Positions 25,518-26,897 of a DNA stretch of 26,897 bases are shown piece after piece. Each line of letters starts with the position of its first letter. Positions within the stretch are counted from its first letter, which is position 1. Made by a program: the position numbers and the translations under genes. Under the pieces are notes generated by a model, which made no database searches, was not told the origin of the DNA, and was given only the letters and a program-made list of their open reading frames with translations. The DNA comes from Archangium sp. (lineage in GTDB: Bacteria; Myxococcota; Myxococcia; Myxococcales; Myxococcaceae), in assembly GCA_031367385.1 (NCBI GenBank), contig JANLPS010000548.1, forward strand, positions 1 through 26,897, in the 5' to 3' direction.

Positions 25518-26237
25518 ATGCGCGCCCGAACCCGCCCCGGCCGCCTGGCCGTCATCGACCGCTGGCTCACGCTTCACGAGCCACAGCTGATCACCGCGGG
25601 CACCGCCGTCATCGACTTTGGCTTCGGCGAAACACCCGTCACCACCCACGAATGGGCTCACGCCATCAGCGCGAAGGTCATCGGCGTTGAGCGAGACCTC
25701 TCGTTGATCGAAGCCGCGCGTCGCACCCACCCCACCCTTCAGCTCGTTCACTGCGGCTTCGAGGCCCTCGCCTCCCTCGCCCCAGCCACCGTCGTGCGGG
25801 CGATGAACGTGCTGCGGGGCTACCCGGCCACCGCCATCGCCTCAGCGCACCAGGCCCTCGCCGCGCCGCTCATCGACGGCGGGGTGCTCCTCGAGGGCAG
25901 CTGCGACACCGAAGGCCACGTCACCGTCGCCCACGTCTTGCGAAAGCGCGGGCCTCAGCTGCTGCGCGAAGCCCTCGTCTTTCACACCACCTTCGAGCGT
26001 GGCTTCTCGCCGTGGCTCTTTCGAGATTGGCTGCCCCGCGACCTGCGCCGCTCGGCCACGCCAGGCACTCCCATCTTCGACTTTCTCGCTGCTTGGCACG
26101 CGGTGTTCGAAACGACCCGCGGGCCAATCGAGACCCGCTTCGCCGAAAGTGTCACACGCACGCCTGAGCTCACCCTGTGGGAAACAGGAGGCGCGCGCTG
26201 GGCTCCCGCCGCGGGAGTGCCGCTCGGCGAAGCCTGA
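25518..26237 (+). CDS. Putative class I SAM-dependent methyltransferase
   Basis: Motif-I-like VIDFGFG, then VIGVERD, VVRAMNVLRGY and GGVLLEG, consistent with Rossmann methyltransferase topology. Confidence 0.7.
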   Translation: MRARTRPGRLAVIDRWLTLHEPQLITAGTAVIDFGFGETPVTTHEWAHAISAKVIGVERDLSLIEAARRTHPTLQLVHCGFEALASLAPATVVRAMNVLRGYPATAIASAHQALAAPLIDGGVLLEGSCDTEGHVTVAHVLRKRGPQLLREALVFHTTFERGFSPWLFRDWLPRDLRRSATPGTPIFDFLAAWHAVFETTRGPIETRFAESVTRTPELTLWETGGARWAPAAGVPLGEA

Positions 26238-26304
26238 GGCGTACATGGCGAGGGTCGAAGCCAGCAGCTACGCTTTGGCCGCGTTGAGCAAGAGGGAGCG
26301 ACTG

Positions 26305-26897
26305 GTGAGCTTCGAGAGTGAGAGCCATGAGATCACCACCAGCGCGGTGCGCATCGTCGGTGCGAGCGGCTTGGCGGTGCCAAGGCTCGTCGTCACCCAC
26401 TGCAGCACCCCAGGCGTGATTGGTCGGGTGGTGCAGCTCGACGCCGAAGAAGTGACCATCGGTCGCGCGCCTGAGACGACCTTGTTCATCGACGAAATCG
26501 GGGTATCGCGGGTGCACGCGCGCATCGTGGCGCAGCCCGAAGGCGGCTTCGAGCTGATCGACGAGCGCTCGACCAACGGCACCTTCGTCAACGGCGAGCG
26601 CATCACCCGACAGCTGTTGCGCGACGGCGACATCGTGCAAGTGGGCTCGGCCACGGTGCTTCGGTACACGAGCCGAGACTTCGTCGATCGCAACGAGGCC
26701 GCGCTGCGCCAGGCGCTGGTCGCCGCCCACGTCGGCATCTGGGACTTGACCCTGCTCACCGGCCGCATCATCTGGTCTGAGCAGGCCGACCGCGCCCTCG
26801 CTGCCCCTTCGGGCGCGTTGAGCCACCGCCGCACCACGTTGGTTGAACAGGTCGCACCCGATGACCGCGAGCGACTCGAGCAGGCGCTCGCGGCCGC
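26305..26897 (+). CDS. FHA-domain + PAS-domain signalling protein (3' end outside window)
   Basis: Translated by hand because it is not in the ORF track. FHA motifs: VTIGRA, VSRVHARI, STNGTFVNG, LRDGDIVQVG. It continues into LRQALVAAHVGIWDL..LTGRIIWSE...VAPDDRERL (PAS_3-like). GTG 26305 follows AGAGGGAG; the alternative is ATG 26245. Confidence 0.88.
   Translation, partial: MSFESESHEITTSAVRIVGASGLAVPRLVVTHCSTPGVIGRVVQLDAEEVTIGRAPETTLFIDEIGVSRVHARIVAQPEGGFELIDERSTNGTFVNGERITRQLLRDGDIVQVGSATVLRYTSRDFVDRNEAALRQALVAAHVGIWDLTLLTGRIIWSEQADRALAAPSGALSHRRTTLVEQVAPDDRERLEQALAA

Overview
This is a high-GC, gene-dense bacterial window. Its protein families (DAG-repeat lipoprotein, Ser/Thr kinase with PEGA domains, ECF sigma/zinc-finger anti-sigma pair, FHA-PAS sensor) suggest Myxococcota, which is an inference. 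About 20 CDS are supported, two of which run off the window ends and are missing from the ORF track. I saw no rRNA, tRNA, CRISPR array or transposase. Highlights: (1) a 1438-aa single-ORF fusion of topoisomerase III (type IA) to a complete RecQ helicase with Zn-binding and HRDC domains, joined by a linker with three 90-nt tandem repeats; (2) two AT-rich, palindromic intergenic elements 4885 bp apart that share the gapless core TCATGATTATAA-N11-ATATGCATG, one being a 48-bp near-perfect palindrome, of unknown function; (3) a peptide-scavenging cluster of a DPP-IV-like S9 peptidase and two POT transporters, one with an extra ~100-aa loop domain. All calls come from reading motifs by eye; no database searches were run.
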